Source: an uncultured Bacteroidota bacterium (GTDB taxonomy: Bacteria > Bacteroidota > Bacteroidia > Chitinophagales > Chitinophagaceae). From it: a stretch of DNA of 64,000 nucleotides. This document shows, piece by piece, positions 1 through 9,265 of this stretch. The position numbers were made by a program, and so were the translations under genes. The DNA lies in the NCBI GenBank assembly GCA_903831575.1, contig CAIKYB010000046.1, positions 16,986 to 80,985 on the forward strand, in the 5' to 3' direction. Below the pieces are notes generated by a model that saw nothing but the letters and a program-made list of their open reading frames with translations, had not been told where the DNA came from and did no database searches. The stretch's first letter is position 1; every line of letters begins with the position of its first letter.

Positions 1-588
1 CCAAATAGAAGAGGAATGCCAGGACATGGAACAGTGTGGAATGAATCTATCAGTAAAAACTGGGGCGGTCAGGTGATGAGAGATTATTTAAGCGCTATAG
101 ATGATATCAGTAAAGAAAAATACGTGGATACGGCAAAGCGCGGATGCGTTGGCGCTAGTTATGGTGGATACTCTGTTTTTTACCTTGCAGGGATTCATAA
201 TAACCGATTCAAGACATTCATTGCCCATGATGGCGTCTTTGATTTAAGAAGCATGGCTGGTACAACAGAGGAGCTTTGGTTTGTAGACTGGGAATTTGGT
301 GGAAGATATTGGGAAAGAGAAAAAATAGACGTACAAAGAGGTATGATCAGAAATAGCCCAAGTGAAATGGTGAGCAAATGGAATACCCCTATTCTTATTT
401 ATCAGGGAGGAAAAGATTATCGCGTTCCTATTGAGCAAGGGTTACAGGCTTTTCAGGCGGCTCAATTAAGAGGCATTAAAAGCAAATTGGTTTATCTGCC
501 AGACGAAAACCATTGGGTGATGAGTGCTCAAAATGCAATGGTTTGGCAGAATGAGTTTTACAAGTGGTTAGGGGAAACGTTGAAGTAG
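1..588 (+). CDS. S9 family (prolyl oligopeptidase-like) peptidase, C-terminal part; 5' end outside window
   Basis: Frame open from base 1 (PNRRGMPGHG); nucleophile motif GASYGG; catalytic Asp (DYRVP) and His (ENHWV). Confidence 0.9.
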   Translation, partial: PNRRGMPGHGTVWNESISKNWGGQVMRDYLSAIDDISKEKYVDTAKRGCVGASYGGYSVFYLAGIHNNRFKTFIAHDGVFDLRSMAGTTEELWFVDWEFGGRYWEREKIDVQRGMIRNSPSEMVSKWNTPILIYQGGKDYRVPIEQGLQAFQAAQLRGIKSKLVYLPDENHWVMSAQNAMVWQNEFYKWLGETLK

Positions 589-615
589 GGAGTTGGTTGA
601 AGGGTTGATTGGTTG

Positions 616-709
616 ATTGTTTGTTGTTTATTGTTTGTTGTTATGCGAATCATCAAATCTTCAAATCATCAAATTACCCAATCAACTTCTCAACAAATCA
701 ACTAATTAT
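616..709 (+). repeat. 94-bp composite repeat, copy A (7-mer TTGTTTR units then 8-mer ATCAAATC/AATCAAC units)
   Basis: Ungapped hand alignment to 1528-1621: 82/94 identical. Confidence 0.85.
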
Positions 710-827
710 TGCCATTAAGTCACGAAGTTGAAATCTTTATACTAGTTTAAAAGTTAAATAATTATTACATATTGTATAAATATTTTGTCTAAATGTAAAA
801 AAAACCTTACATTTATGAAAAAATATA

Positions 828-1307
828 ATGATTCAATTCAAATTTTTATTCCCAAACAAGTACAAAAAATCAGGGTGGGTGATTTTAATAATTGCTTCAA
901 TCCTTGGTATAATATTGATGTTTACGGGCTTTGAGGGTATTCCTATCCACACAAAGGCATTTGCTGTATTCAATGATGAAATATTTGGGGAAAGTCAATT
1001 TTTCACTTTCATAAATACTAATGTTACCAACACTATAGTTGGTTCTTTATTTATCATCGGAGCGATATTAGTTGGATTTTCAAAAGAAAAATATGAGGAT
1101 GAGTTTATTGCCAATATTCGTCAATCTTCACTCCTTTGGGCTGTTTTTGTAAATTATATTTTATTACTTATTTCCTTTATGTTCATCTATGGTACTGCTT
1201 TCTTAAATGTAATGCTGTATAACATGTTTACTGTATTGCTGATTTTTATTTTCAGATTCAATTTTGTTTTGTATCGTAGTTTAAAATCCAACACAGATGA
1301 AAAATAA
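828..1307 (+). CDS. Hypothetical membrane protein (about 4 TM), coupled to downstream XRE regulator
   Basis: 159 aa with hydrophobic segments; KEKYEDEFIANIRQSSL resembles proteins typically paired with small XRE regulators; overlaps next gene by 11 nt. Confidence 0.75.
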   Translation: MIQFKFLFPNKYKKSGWVILIIASILGIILMFTGFEGIPIHTKAFAVFNDEIFGESQFFTFINTNVTNTIVGSLFIIGAILVGFSKEKYEDEFIANIRQSSLLWAVFVNYILLLISFMFIYGTAFLNVMLYNMFTVLLIFIFRFNFVLYRSLKSNTDEK

Positions 1308-1497
1308 ACTCAAAGTAGAAAGGGCAATAAATAATCTTACACAAGAAGAGCTTGCAAAAAAAGTATCGGTTAGTCGGCAAACGATCAATGCGATGGAAGC
1401 CAATAAATATGTTCCTTCAACTGTATTGGCTCTTAAAATCGCACGAGTTTTCAGTAAATCTGTAGAGGATATTTTTATGCTAGATGATGAGGATTGA
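1297..1497 (+). CDS. XRE/Cro family helix-turn-helix transcriptional regulator
   Basis: 66 aa; LTQEELAKKVSVSRQTINAMEANKYVPS is a classic HTH_3 pattern. Confidence 0.93.
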   Translation: MKNKLKVERAINNLTQEELAKKVSVSRQTINAMEANKYVPSTVLALKIARVFSKSVEDIFMLDDED

Positions 1498-1527
1498 AAT
1501 GTTCAAGAGGTTCAAAATGTTTAAAAG

Positions 1528-1621
1528 ATTGTTTGTGGTTTATTGTTTGTTGTACTGAGAATCTTCAAATCAACAAATCCTCAAATTACACAATCAACCT
1601 TTCAACTAATCAACTAATTAT
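1528..1621 (+). repeat. 94-bp composite repeat, copy B
   Basis: Direct copy of 616-709 (12 mismatches, no gaps). Confidence 0.85.
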
Positions 1622-1632
1622 CCTCCCCAGGC

Positions 1633-2934
1633 TTAATGGGCAAAATCCTGATAATAATCCCCTTTGATTCTTTCCATGGATGGATTGAAATACCCGAATT
1701 TTAAATTAGGAAATTCTTCTCGAATTAATTCCATCAGTTGTTTTACGCCCATACATTCTCCGGTATCATGAACATCAATTTTTTCTAAATACCAATCGGG
1801 ATCAATATTAAAATTACGCCACTGGATCATACACAAATCCGTTTCTCTGATGAGTTTTCTTAAAGCTTCATACTCTTCAATACTGTCTGTCATTCCAGGA
1901 AAAACAAAATAGTTTATGCTTGTCCATGCGCCATAACTACGGGCAATTTTTAAACTCTCCGTCAAATCTTCAAATACATAATTATTAGGCTTGTAATAAG
2001 CTGTATAAATCTCTTTTCTTGCAGAGTTCGTGCTTACACGGATACTGTTCAAGCCTACTTCACATAAAGCTTTTACTGCATCGGGCTTACTGCCATTGGT
2101 ATTAATATTAATACTTCCTTTTTGTGTATGTTTTCTGATCTCAATGATGGAGGCTTTAATCGTTTCCCACATCAACAAGGGTTCTCCTTCACAACCTTGT
2201 CCATAACTGATAATAGGAAAAGGAGCTGATTCCAGATGGGGCACTGTAAACTCGACGATTTCTTCTGCAGTAGGCTTAAACGTTAGTCGATCTTGTGTAC
2301 TGAAAATAGTTTCTTCTTCAGGCTGAAAGGAAATACAACCAATACAATTGGCGTTACATGCAGGTGATACCGGAACAGGACATTCCCATCTGCCCAAAGC
2401 CAGATTTCTTGCAGCAGGACAAGTATAAGTCATACAGCAATTTTCCATTAAATGTTTAACCAAACGGTTATGGGGAAACGCCGCTAATAAATGATCATGC
2501 CCTTTTTCAATTTGGTCATCATCATATCCTGCAGCTTCTTGACGAATATCGATTTCAATTCTTACTGCAGGAACAAATAACTGGTCATTAAACCAACCTG
2601 CTGCAGTGTAACAAAACAAAGGCAATGTAGGCGCATCAGGCAAAGTTTCATAAGCAGCCATATACAAACCTGTGTGTGCAGGAGGAATAAAAGCTGCAAC
2701 CGCCCAACCCTTTTCGCACAAACGCATATCCCCTGTTTCCACATCAATACCAATACCTCTTCTGCCTGGCAATTCATATAATTGTCCGCCCTCTGGCAAT
2801 TCAATCCAATCTTCCACAGCAATGGGAAATGCATCCCACCCGCTTCTGCCTACAACATATAAGCTTGTATCTTCAAAAATATTACCATTACCATCAGAGT
2901 ACATCAGATAAGGAGATTCATTTAAAATGCTCAT
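1633..2934 (-). CDS. Radical SAM protein of unknown function
   Basis: CxxxCxxC motif (CNANCIGC); GQGCEGEPL SAM-binding-like loop; long N-terminal extension with extra Cys (CCMTYTC). Confidence 0.85.
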   Translation of the reverse strand: MSILNESPYLMYSDGNGNIFEDTSLYVVGRSGWDAFPIAVEDWIELPEGGQLYELPGRRGIGIDVETGDMRLCEKGWAVAAFIPPAHTGLYMAAYETLPDAPTLPLFCYTAAGWFNDQLFVPAVRIEIDIRQEAAGYDDDQIEKGHDHLLAAFPHNRLVKHLMENCCMTYTCPAARNLALGRWECPVPVSPACNANCIGCISFQPEEETIFSTQDRLTFKPTAEEIVEFTVPHLESAPFPIISYGQGCEGEPLLMWETIKASIIEIRKHTQKGSININTNGSKPDAVKALCEVGLNSIRVSTNSARKEIYTAYYKPNNYVFEDLTESLKIARSYGAWTSINYFVFPGMTDSIEEYEALRKLIRETDLCMIQWRNFNIDPDWYLEKIDVHDTGECMGVKQLMELIREEFPNLKFGYFNPSMERIKGDYYQDFAH

Positions 2935-2945
2935 GCAGGTTAAAA

Positions 2946-3512
2946 TTAAGATTGCGTGATGTTGTTTAATTGTTGTTGAACAAAAGTATTGAATGCTGTT
3001 TCATCTAAACCTTTATTTTCATTTTCATTGATGGTATGCTGAATCAATTTATTGTTTTTAAAATCGATTGTAAGAATATTGTCTTTCAAAATCAAATTAG
3101 ATACTTCATTCCATTCCATTTTTTTTCGGGGTAATGAAGGATAAGAAATAAAATCTACACAAAAATCAATTTTCAATTTCCTCATAGTAATGTAACCCAT
3201 AATCGAAAAAACTAAAAGTAAAAAGCCTATCAAATAAAACCCAACTAGCATCCAAAAAATTGAAGCTAAAAAGAAACTAAATACAATATGAAAGAAATTA
3301 GTTTCTCTGCCTTTATTGTAAAAAAAATACGAGATAAGTGGGGTAAATATTATAGCTCCTCCTATTGATGACAAGGTATGAACACTACTATCTGCAGCAA
3401 CACGGGTTGATAAGTACGTAAATCCAACAATATTAATAACGGAAATTAAAATGGTTAAAATTTTATACGTCCCTTTCTTTTCGTTAGGTAATATGATTGA
3501 AAATTTATCCAT
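2946..3512 (-). CDS. Hypothetical membrane protein
   Basis: 188 aa, several TM segments; start overlaps agmatinase stop. Confidence 0.7.
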   Translation of the reverse strand: MDKFSIILPNEKKGTYKILTILISVINIVGFTYLSTRVAADSSVHTLSSIGGAIIFTPLISYFFYNKGRETNFFHIVFSFFLASIFWMLVGFYLIGFLLLVFSIMGYITMRKLKIDFCVDFISYPSLPRKKMEWNEVSNLILKDNILTIDFKNNKLIQHTINENENKGLDETAFNTFVQQQLNNITQS

Positions 3513-4557
3513 TTACAGGATTGCTAGCGGTTAATAGATTACATAATTTATACAACACTCTGGCTCCTACATTCTCATCCCATTCATCATGACTAACTCC
3601 TACTTCATTCAAATCGAATCCGACAATTTTTTTGCCTGCCTGATGAACTTTATTCAACAGATAAAATATTTGTTCTGTCTCAAAACCGCCCTGCACAGGC
3701 GTTCCAGTATGTGGACATAATTTAGGATCCAATCCATCAATATCAAAACTTACAAAAACATGTTGTGGAAGATGACTCACTATTTCATCAACAATTTTTT
3801 TCCAACTATCGCCTTCGTATAAACGATGTTTGATATCTCGGTCGAAATAGGTAACGACTCTCCCATTGCTATTCTTAATATAATCTAACTCCTCTTCACA
3901 ATAATCTCTTATGCCAACTTGTACAAGCTTCGACAAAGCAGGAATTTTCTCCAGCGCGTTGAACATTATTGATGCATGAGAAAAATCAAATCCTTCATAC
4001 GCATTTCTCAAATCACAATGTGCATCAATTTGAAGAATGCCAAAATCAGGATATTGATCAGCAATGGCTCGGAAATAACCAAATGGCGTACTGTGATCTC
4101 CTCCCAATAAGCCAACAAGCTTCCCTTTTTTAATCAGTTCAGTAGTTTGTTCATATACCCAATCATTTAAAAAAAGACCACCCTGGTTAATTTCTTTTAA
4201 AGATTTTGTCATGAATTTATTGCTGTTCACAGACTCCCCCTGAGAGATATAATTAATATACAATTCCGCTTCTTTTCTTAGATAATCACTTTTCATGAGA
4301 ATTTTCTTATCAGGAGTTTGCATAAAAAAACCTTGTTTCCATGCATCCGTATATTCAGGGTCATAAAGATCAACTTGAAGACTTGCGGTAAAAATATGAT
4401 CTGGGGCTCTTGCTGTACCTGCATTGTAGCTAACCGTCACTTCCCATGGAATAGGAAGAATTACTAACCGTGCTTCATTTTCTGTAAATGGGAGACCAAA
4501 AATATTATTATTGGGGTTCCCTACTGAATTAGGGTCGAAATTGGAAAGATCAGCCAT
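3505..4557 (-). CDS. Agmatinase/arginase (ureohydrolase) family protein
   Basis: Mn-binding motifs GGDHS, DAHCD, SFDIDGLDP. Confidence 0.92.
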   Translation of the reverse strand: MADLSNFDPNSVGNPNNNIFGLPFTENEARLVILPIPWEVTVSYNAGTARAPDHIFTASLQVDLYDPEYTDAWKQGFFMQTPDKKILMKSDYLRKEAELYINYISQGESVNSNKFMTKSLKEINQGGLFLNDWVYEQTTELIKKGKLVGLLGGDHSTPFGYFRAIADQYPDFGILQIDAHCDLRNAYEGFDFSHASIMFNALEKIPALSKLVQVGIRDYCEEELDYIKNSNGRVVTYFDRDIKHRLYEGDSWKKIVDEIVSHLPQHVFVSFDIDGLDPKLCPHTGTPVQGGFETEQIFYLLNKVHQAGKKIVGFDLNEVGVSHDEWDENVGARVLYKLCNLLTASNPVNG

Positions 4558-4579
4558 GGGGGAATTTATAATTAGGCAA

Positions 4580-4587
4580 CAAAGATA
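4580..4587 (-). promoter_or_regulatory. Bacteroidota -7 promoter element (TATCTTTG) for agmatinase operon
   Basis: Matches TAnnTTTG 23 nt upstream of the start. Confidence 0.6.
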
Positions 4588-4650
4588 ATTGAAGATTGAT
4601 TTTATCTGCTAAAAAAATAGGGATATCTCTACTCTACAATTGTTTTGAAT

Positions 4651-4658
4651 TACCTTTG
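4651..4658 (+). promoter_or_regulatory. -7 promoter element (TACCTTTG) for ccmE-ccmF
   Basis: Matches TAnnTTTG just upstream of ccmE. Confidence 0.6.
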
Positions 4659-4674
4659 AGCATAAATTACTCAT

Positions 4675-5091
4675 ATGAAAAAAACTAGTATTATAATACT
4701 TATCGGAATTGCAGCCTTAATTGTAAGCCTATTACTCTTTTCTGTAGACTTCTCTACTTATGACACTATTGCTTCTGCAAGAAAAAAAGAGGGAAAATTT
4801 GTTCATCTCATTGCCAAATTAGATAAAACACAATCGATTACTTATGACCCCATCAACAATCCCAATTTTTTAAGTTTTTACATAGTAGATAGTTTAGGTG
4901 AGAAATCAAAAGTTGTTTACCATAATAGCAAGCCAGGTGATTTAGAAAAGAGTGAAAGAATTGTATTAAAAGGAAAAATGGGAAAAGACTATTTTGACTG
5001 CAAAGACATCTTGCTTAAATGTCCAAGTAAATACAAAGACGACAAGAAGGTTTTAGAAAAAAGCATGAAAGAACAAACAGCAAGTAATTAA
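4675..5091 (+). CDS. ccmE: Cytochrome c maturation heme chaperone CcmE (CxxxY variant)
   Basis: N-terminal TM, OB-fold-like body, C-terminal LLKCPSKY; adjacent to ccmF. Confidence 0.88.
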   Translation: MKKTSIIILIGIAALIVSLLLFSVDFSTYDTIASARKKEGKFVHLIAKLDKTQSITYDPINNPNFLSFYIVDSLGEKSKVVYHNSKPGDLEKSERIVLKGKMGKDYFDCKDILLKCPSKYKDDKKVLEKSMKEQTASN

Positions 5092-5110
5092 TACTATTTA
5101 AAAAAACAAG

Positions 5111-7672
5111 ATGATAAAATTCGAAGGCGAACATTTATTACCAGGACAACTTGGACATTTTTTCGTGATTCTTGCTCTGGTGACGTCCTTAATTTCATTG
5201 ATCTCATTTTTCAATGCAAGTCGCATTGATCAGATTGAAGAGAAAAATCAATGGTTGAAATTTGCCAGAATAAATTTCTTCATTCAAGCGTTTAGCATCA
5301 TTGCTATTTTCTCTACCATATTTTTTATTTGCTTCCATCACTATTATGAGTACATGTATGCCTACAAGCATGCGTCGAAAGAATTAGAACCCAAATTTTT
5401 ACTTGCATGTATTTGGGAAGGGCAAGAAGGAAGCTTTTTACTTTGGGCGATCTGGCATTCCTTACTGGGCGTATTCATTATCTCCATAAAAAACAAAGAT
5501 TATAAAAACACCTGGCAAGCTCCGGTATTGACCGTTATCAGTATGGCTCAATTCTTTTTGATGCTCATGATATTAGGGATTTATTTTTTCGATATCAGAA
5601 TTGGAAATAGTCCTTTCACCCTAACAAGAAACGAAATCCCCGCTCCTATTTTTTCTCAAACCAACTATCTTACTTTCCTCAAAGATGGCATGGGGTTAAA
5701 TGTCTTGTTGAGAAACTATTGGATGGTCATTCATCCTCCTATTTTATTTCTGGGTTTTGCATCAACCATTGTACCCTTTGCGTTTGCTTATGCAGGCATA
5801 CAAACTAAAAAATATGGTGAATGGATAAAGCCCGTATTACCTTGGGCCTTATTTAGCGCATGTGTTTTGGGTGTAGGCATCATGATGGGCGGAAAATGGG
5901 CTTATGAATCGTTGAGCTTCGGTGGATACTGGGCATGGGATCCTGTAGAAAATGCTTCTTTAGTTCCCTGGTTAATTCTTATAGCTGGCGTTCACACCAT
6001 GCTAATCTACAAAGCAACAGGACATTCTTTAAGAGCAAGTTATTTTTTCTCCATACTCACTTTTGTATTTGTACTCTATTCAACGTTTCTAACGCGAACG
6101 GGTATACTTGGAGATACATCCGTTCATGCATTCACAGAAGCTGGAAAAGCCATTAATGTAATGATTGGATTATTGGTCCTCTCATTTGCATTACCTATGC
6201 TTTCGCTGTTTTTTATTCACTATAAAAAAATTCCAGCCATAATCAAAGAAGAAGAAACTTCATCAAGAGAATTCTGGATGTTTATGGGCTCTTTGATCTT
6301 ATTTATTTCTTCCTTGTTCATCATCATCATCACCTCTATTCCGGTATACAGTAAAACGCCATTTTTAAAAGATCTCATTATTAAAATCCACAACGGGCCA
6401 TTGGCAATGCCTGAAGACGCTGAGTTTATTTACAATAAAGTAATGATCATGGTGGCTATTATCCTAGGCTTTATCACAGCAACGACTCAATATTTAAAAT
6501 ACAAAGCCACACCTAGTGCATACCTTATAAAAAATATTAAATACCCTTTGATAATTGCTATCATCCTTTGTATTTCAATTTCTATCCTTTATCCATTTAC
6601 TTTTCACAAACATGGCGCTGGATTTTTAGTCGCCATTTATATTGCATTTTTCTGTTCGGTTTATGCAGTTGTTGCCAATGCCATGTATATTCCATTGGTA
6701 TTGAAAAATAATTTCAAAAGTGCCAGTGCTTCTATTTCCCATATTGGATTTTCTTTAATGATTGCAGGAATGCTGATCTCCAGTAGTAATAAGCAAGTCA
6801 TCAGTGACAGCAAAGTGAACGGCATCACTCTACCCTTGAGTAATGATGCTATGGCTAAAAAACAAGATAACCCAACTGAAAACCTTACTTTAATCAGACA
6901 AATGCCTACACGAATGGGTGACTATGAGGTCACTTATTTAAAGGACTCTATGGGCAATGAAAAAGGCAGAAGTTTCTATGCTTTGCAGTTTGAGAAAAAA
7001 GAAAAAAATAATAAAAAAATTGATGAAAGTTTCAAATTGCAACCTGATGTCTACTTAATGAAAGACAACAACATGAGCAGCAATCCTGACACAAAATCAT
7101 TCTTGACAAAAGATGTGTTCACGTACATTTCTTTTGCTATGAATAAAGAGAGAAATGCAGACACCGCTCAATTTAAAGTCGTGGAAATCGGCGAAGGTGA
7201 TACAGGCTTTTATAGAAATGGATATTACATTCTTAATAAGGTTGTCAAAAATCCGAACAATGAAAAATACCATTACAATCCGAATAGTATTGCGTTAATG
7301 GCCGACATCACATTCGTGAGCAGAGACAGTATGAGATATAGATCAACGCCGCTAGTTGAAGCCGACAGCATGGGAATTTTGCAATATGACGATACCGTTT
7401 ATGCGCAGAATTTATTTGTAAAATTCGTAGGCGTAAGTGACCATCACAAAATAAAAATAGGCATCAAAGAATCTGATAGCCTGATTGATTTTGTAACGGT
7501 TAAATCCTATATCTTTCCTTATATCAATTTAGTTTGGCTCGGATTAGTAATCATGGCTTTTGGTATAATGATGAGTAGTCTGAAACGAGCTGAAATAAAT
7601 CCAAAACTCGCTTCTATAATATTGACATTGGTTTCTGCCGGCTTGATTTATATGTTTCTGTTGGCAAACTAG
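5111..7672 (+). CDS. ccmF: Cytochrome c biogenesis heme lyase CcmF/CcsA family
   Basis: 853 aa polytopic protein; WEGQEGSFLLW, IHPPILFLG and tryptophan-rich GGYWAWDPVENAS motifs. Confidence 0.92.
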   Translation: MIKFEGEHLLPGQLGHFFVILALVTSLISLISFFNASRIDQIEEKNQWLKFARINFFIQAFSIIAIFSTIFFICFHHYYEYMYAYKHASKELEPKFLLACIWEGQEGSFLLWAIWHSLLGVFIISIKNKDYKNTWQAPVLTVISMAQFFLMLMILGIYFFDIRIGNSPFTLTRNEIPAPIFSQTNYLTFLKDGMGLNVLLRNYWMVIHPPILFLGFASTIVPFAFAYAGIQTKKYGEWIKPVLPWALFSACVLGVGIMMGGKWAYESLSFGGYWAWDPVENASLVPWLILIAGVHTMLIYKATGHSLRASYFFSILTFVFVLYSTFLTRTGILGDTSVHAFTEAGKAINVMIGLLVLSFALPMLSLFFIHYKKIPAIIKEEETSSREFWMFMGSLILFISSLFIIIITSIPVYSKTPFLKDLIIKIHNGPLAMPEDAEFIYNKVMIMVAIILGFITATTQYLKYKATPSAYLIKNIKYPLIIAIILCISISILYPFTFHKHGAGFLVAIYIAFFCSVYAVVANAMYIPLVLKNNFKSASASISHIGFSLMIAGMLISSSNKQVISDSKVNGITLPLSNDAMAKKQDNPTENLTLIRQMPTRMGDYEVTYLKDSMGNEKGRSFYALQFEKKEKNNKKIDESFKLQPDVYLMKDNNMSSNPDTKSFLTKDVFTYISFAMNKERNADTAQFKVVEIGEGDTGFYRNGYYILNKVVKNPNNEKYHYNPNSIALMADITFVSRDSMRYRSTPLVEADSMGILQYDDTVYAQNLFVKFVGVSDHHKIKIGIKESDSLIDFVTVKSYIFPYINLVWLGLVIMAFGIMMSSLKRAEINPKLASIILTLVSAGLIYMFLLAN

Positions 7673-7778
7673 TTTTAAATTATTTTAACATAATATAACC
7701 CAAAATCAAATTATTTTACAGGTTACTATTCTCAATCTGAAGTATTAAACTACAATTGAATTTTGTAAATTTACAAAG

Positions 7779-8426
7779 ATGAAATTTCCTGAAGTCCACA
7801 CACCTATTTATTTACGTCATACGATTCTATTATTCTTGCTGCTGTGTATGAAACTTTCTTTTGGACAAACCAGCTTTCAAGATACCATGCGTATTCAAGC
7901 GATTATTTATCAAGGAGACACTATTCCGCTTTCTGTATTATCAAATATTTATGTTTACAATCAACTTACCACATCACAAAAACAAGCCAGAGCGAATTAC
8001 AACCGGTTGAGAAATGCAGTTTATGTTACTTACCCTTATGCCAGAAAAGCGGGAATTGTACTAAATGATATTAATCAAAAACTGTCTTTCATTTCGGACA
8101 AACCTAATAGAAGAAAATATATCAACTCAAGAGAACGCGAATTAAAAAAAGAATTCACTACTCCCCTTACAAATCTGTCTATTTACCAAGGAAAAGTATT
8201 GATGAAATTAATTAACAGAGAAACGGGTAACAATTGTTATGAAATCATCAAAGAATACCAGGGAGGGTTAACTGCAAGACTTTATCAAACCATTGCTTTC
8301 TTTTTTAACAGCAATTTAAAACAGCCATACGAATCCAAAGATCAGGATCGTGTGATTGAACAAATCGTTCGTGAAGTGCAGCGATTGTATGGTTATGCGG
8401 AGATTTCTAAATCTCAAAACCTATAA
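7779..8426 (+). CDS. DUF4294-like secreted protein
   Basis: Signal peptide ending SFGQ; YNRLRNAVYVTYPYA and QGKVLMKLINRETG match my recollection of this Bacteroidota family. Confidence 0.7.
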   Translation: MKFPEVHTPIYLRHTILLFLLLCMKLSFGQTSFQDTMRIQAIIYQGDTIPLSVLSNIYVYNQLTTSQKQARANYNRLRNAVYVTYPYARKAGIVLNDINQKLSFISDKPNRRKYINSRERELKKEFTTPLTNLSIYQGKVLMKLINRETGNNCYEIIKEYQGGLTARLYQTIAFFFNSNLKQPYESKDQDRVIEQIVREVQRLYGYAEISKSQNL

Positions 8427-8526
8427 AAGAGACTTGCACCCCCCTATAATCCACATATATTCCACATCGACCCATTTTCTAACAGTTTTGAGTTAACTTG
8501 CAATGCCTATTAAATAATAAACCTAA

Positions 8527-9255
8527 ATGAAATTAGACGTCCTCGCTTTTGGTGCACATCCAGATGATATCGAATTAAGTTGTTCGGGGCTTCTATTAGT
8601 GGAGAAATCTCAAGGAAAAAAAATTGGAGCAGTAGACTTAACAGAAGGTGAATTAGGTTCTAGAGGTGATGTTGCAACAAGATACAAAGAGGCTGAAGAT
8701 GCAAGTATAATACTAGGATTAGATGTAAGAGAAAACCTGAAATTACAAGACGGCTTCTTCAAAAACGACCAAGAAAACCAGTTGAAAGTCATTGCTCTGA
8801 TTCGAAAATACAGACCTGAAATCGTTTTATGTAATGCTACTTCAGACAGACATCCAGATCATGGCAAAGCAGCACAATTAGTTTCAGATGCATGTTTTTT
8901 AGCTGGATTAATTAAAGTAGAAACAAAAGACAACAATACCGTTCAAGAACCTTGGAGGCCTAAATATGTTTTCCACTACACACAGGACAGATATATTGAA
9001 CCAGATTTCCTGATTGACATTTCCGATGTTTTTGAAAAAAAATTAGCTTCTATAAAGGCATATAAAACACAATTTCACAACCCCGGATTTCAAGGACCTG
9101 AAACTTATATTTCAACACCTGAATTTTTAGAACAACTTATTAGTGGCAATAAGATAAATGGGAAAAAAATCGGGGTTGCATTTGCAGAAGGATATACCAG
9201 CACTAAAAAAATCGGATTAAGAAGTCTGGATGCATTAATTCAAAAAAATACTTAA
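8527..9255 (+). CDS. bshB1: Bacillithiol biosynthesis deacetylase BshB1 (PIG-L family)
   Basis: AHPDDIELSC, LTEGELGSRG, RHPDH motifs. Confidence 0.88.
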   Translation: MKLDVLAFGAHPDDIELSCSGLLLVEKSQGKKIGAVDLTEGELGSRGDVATRYKEAEDASIILGLDVRENLKLQDGFFKNDQENQLKVIALIRKYRPEIVLCNATSDRHPDHGKAAQLVSDACFLAGLIKVETKDNNTVQEPWRPKYVFHYTQDRYIEPDFLIDISDVFEKKLASIKAYKTQFHNPGFQGPETYISTPEFLEQLISGNKINGKKIGVAFAEGYTSTKKIGLRSLDALIQKNT

Positions 9256-9265
9256 TAAAATCTAC

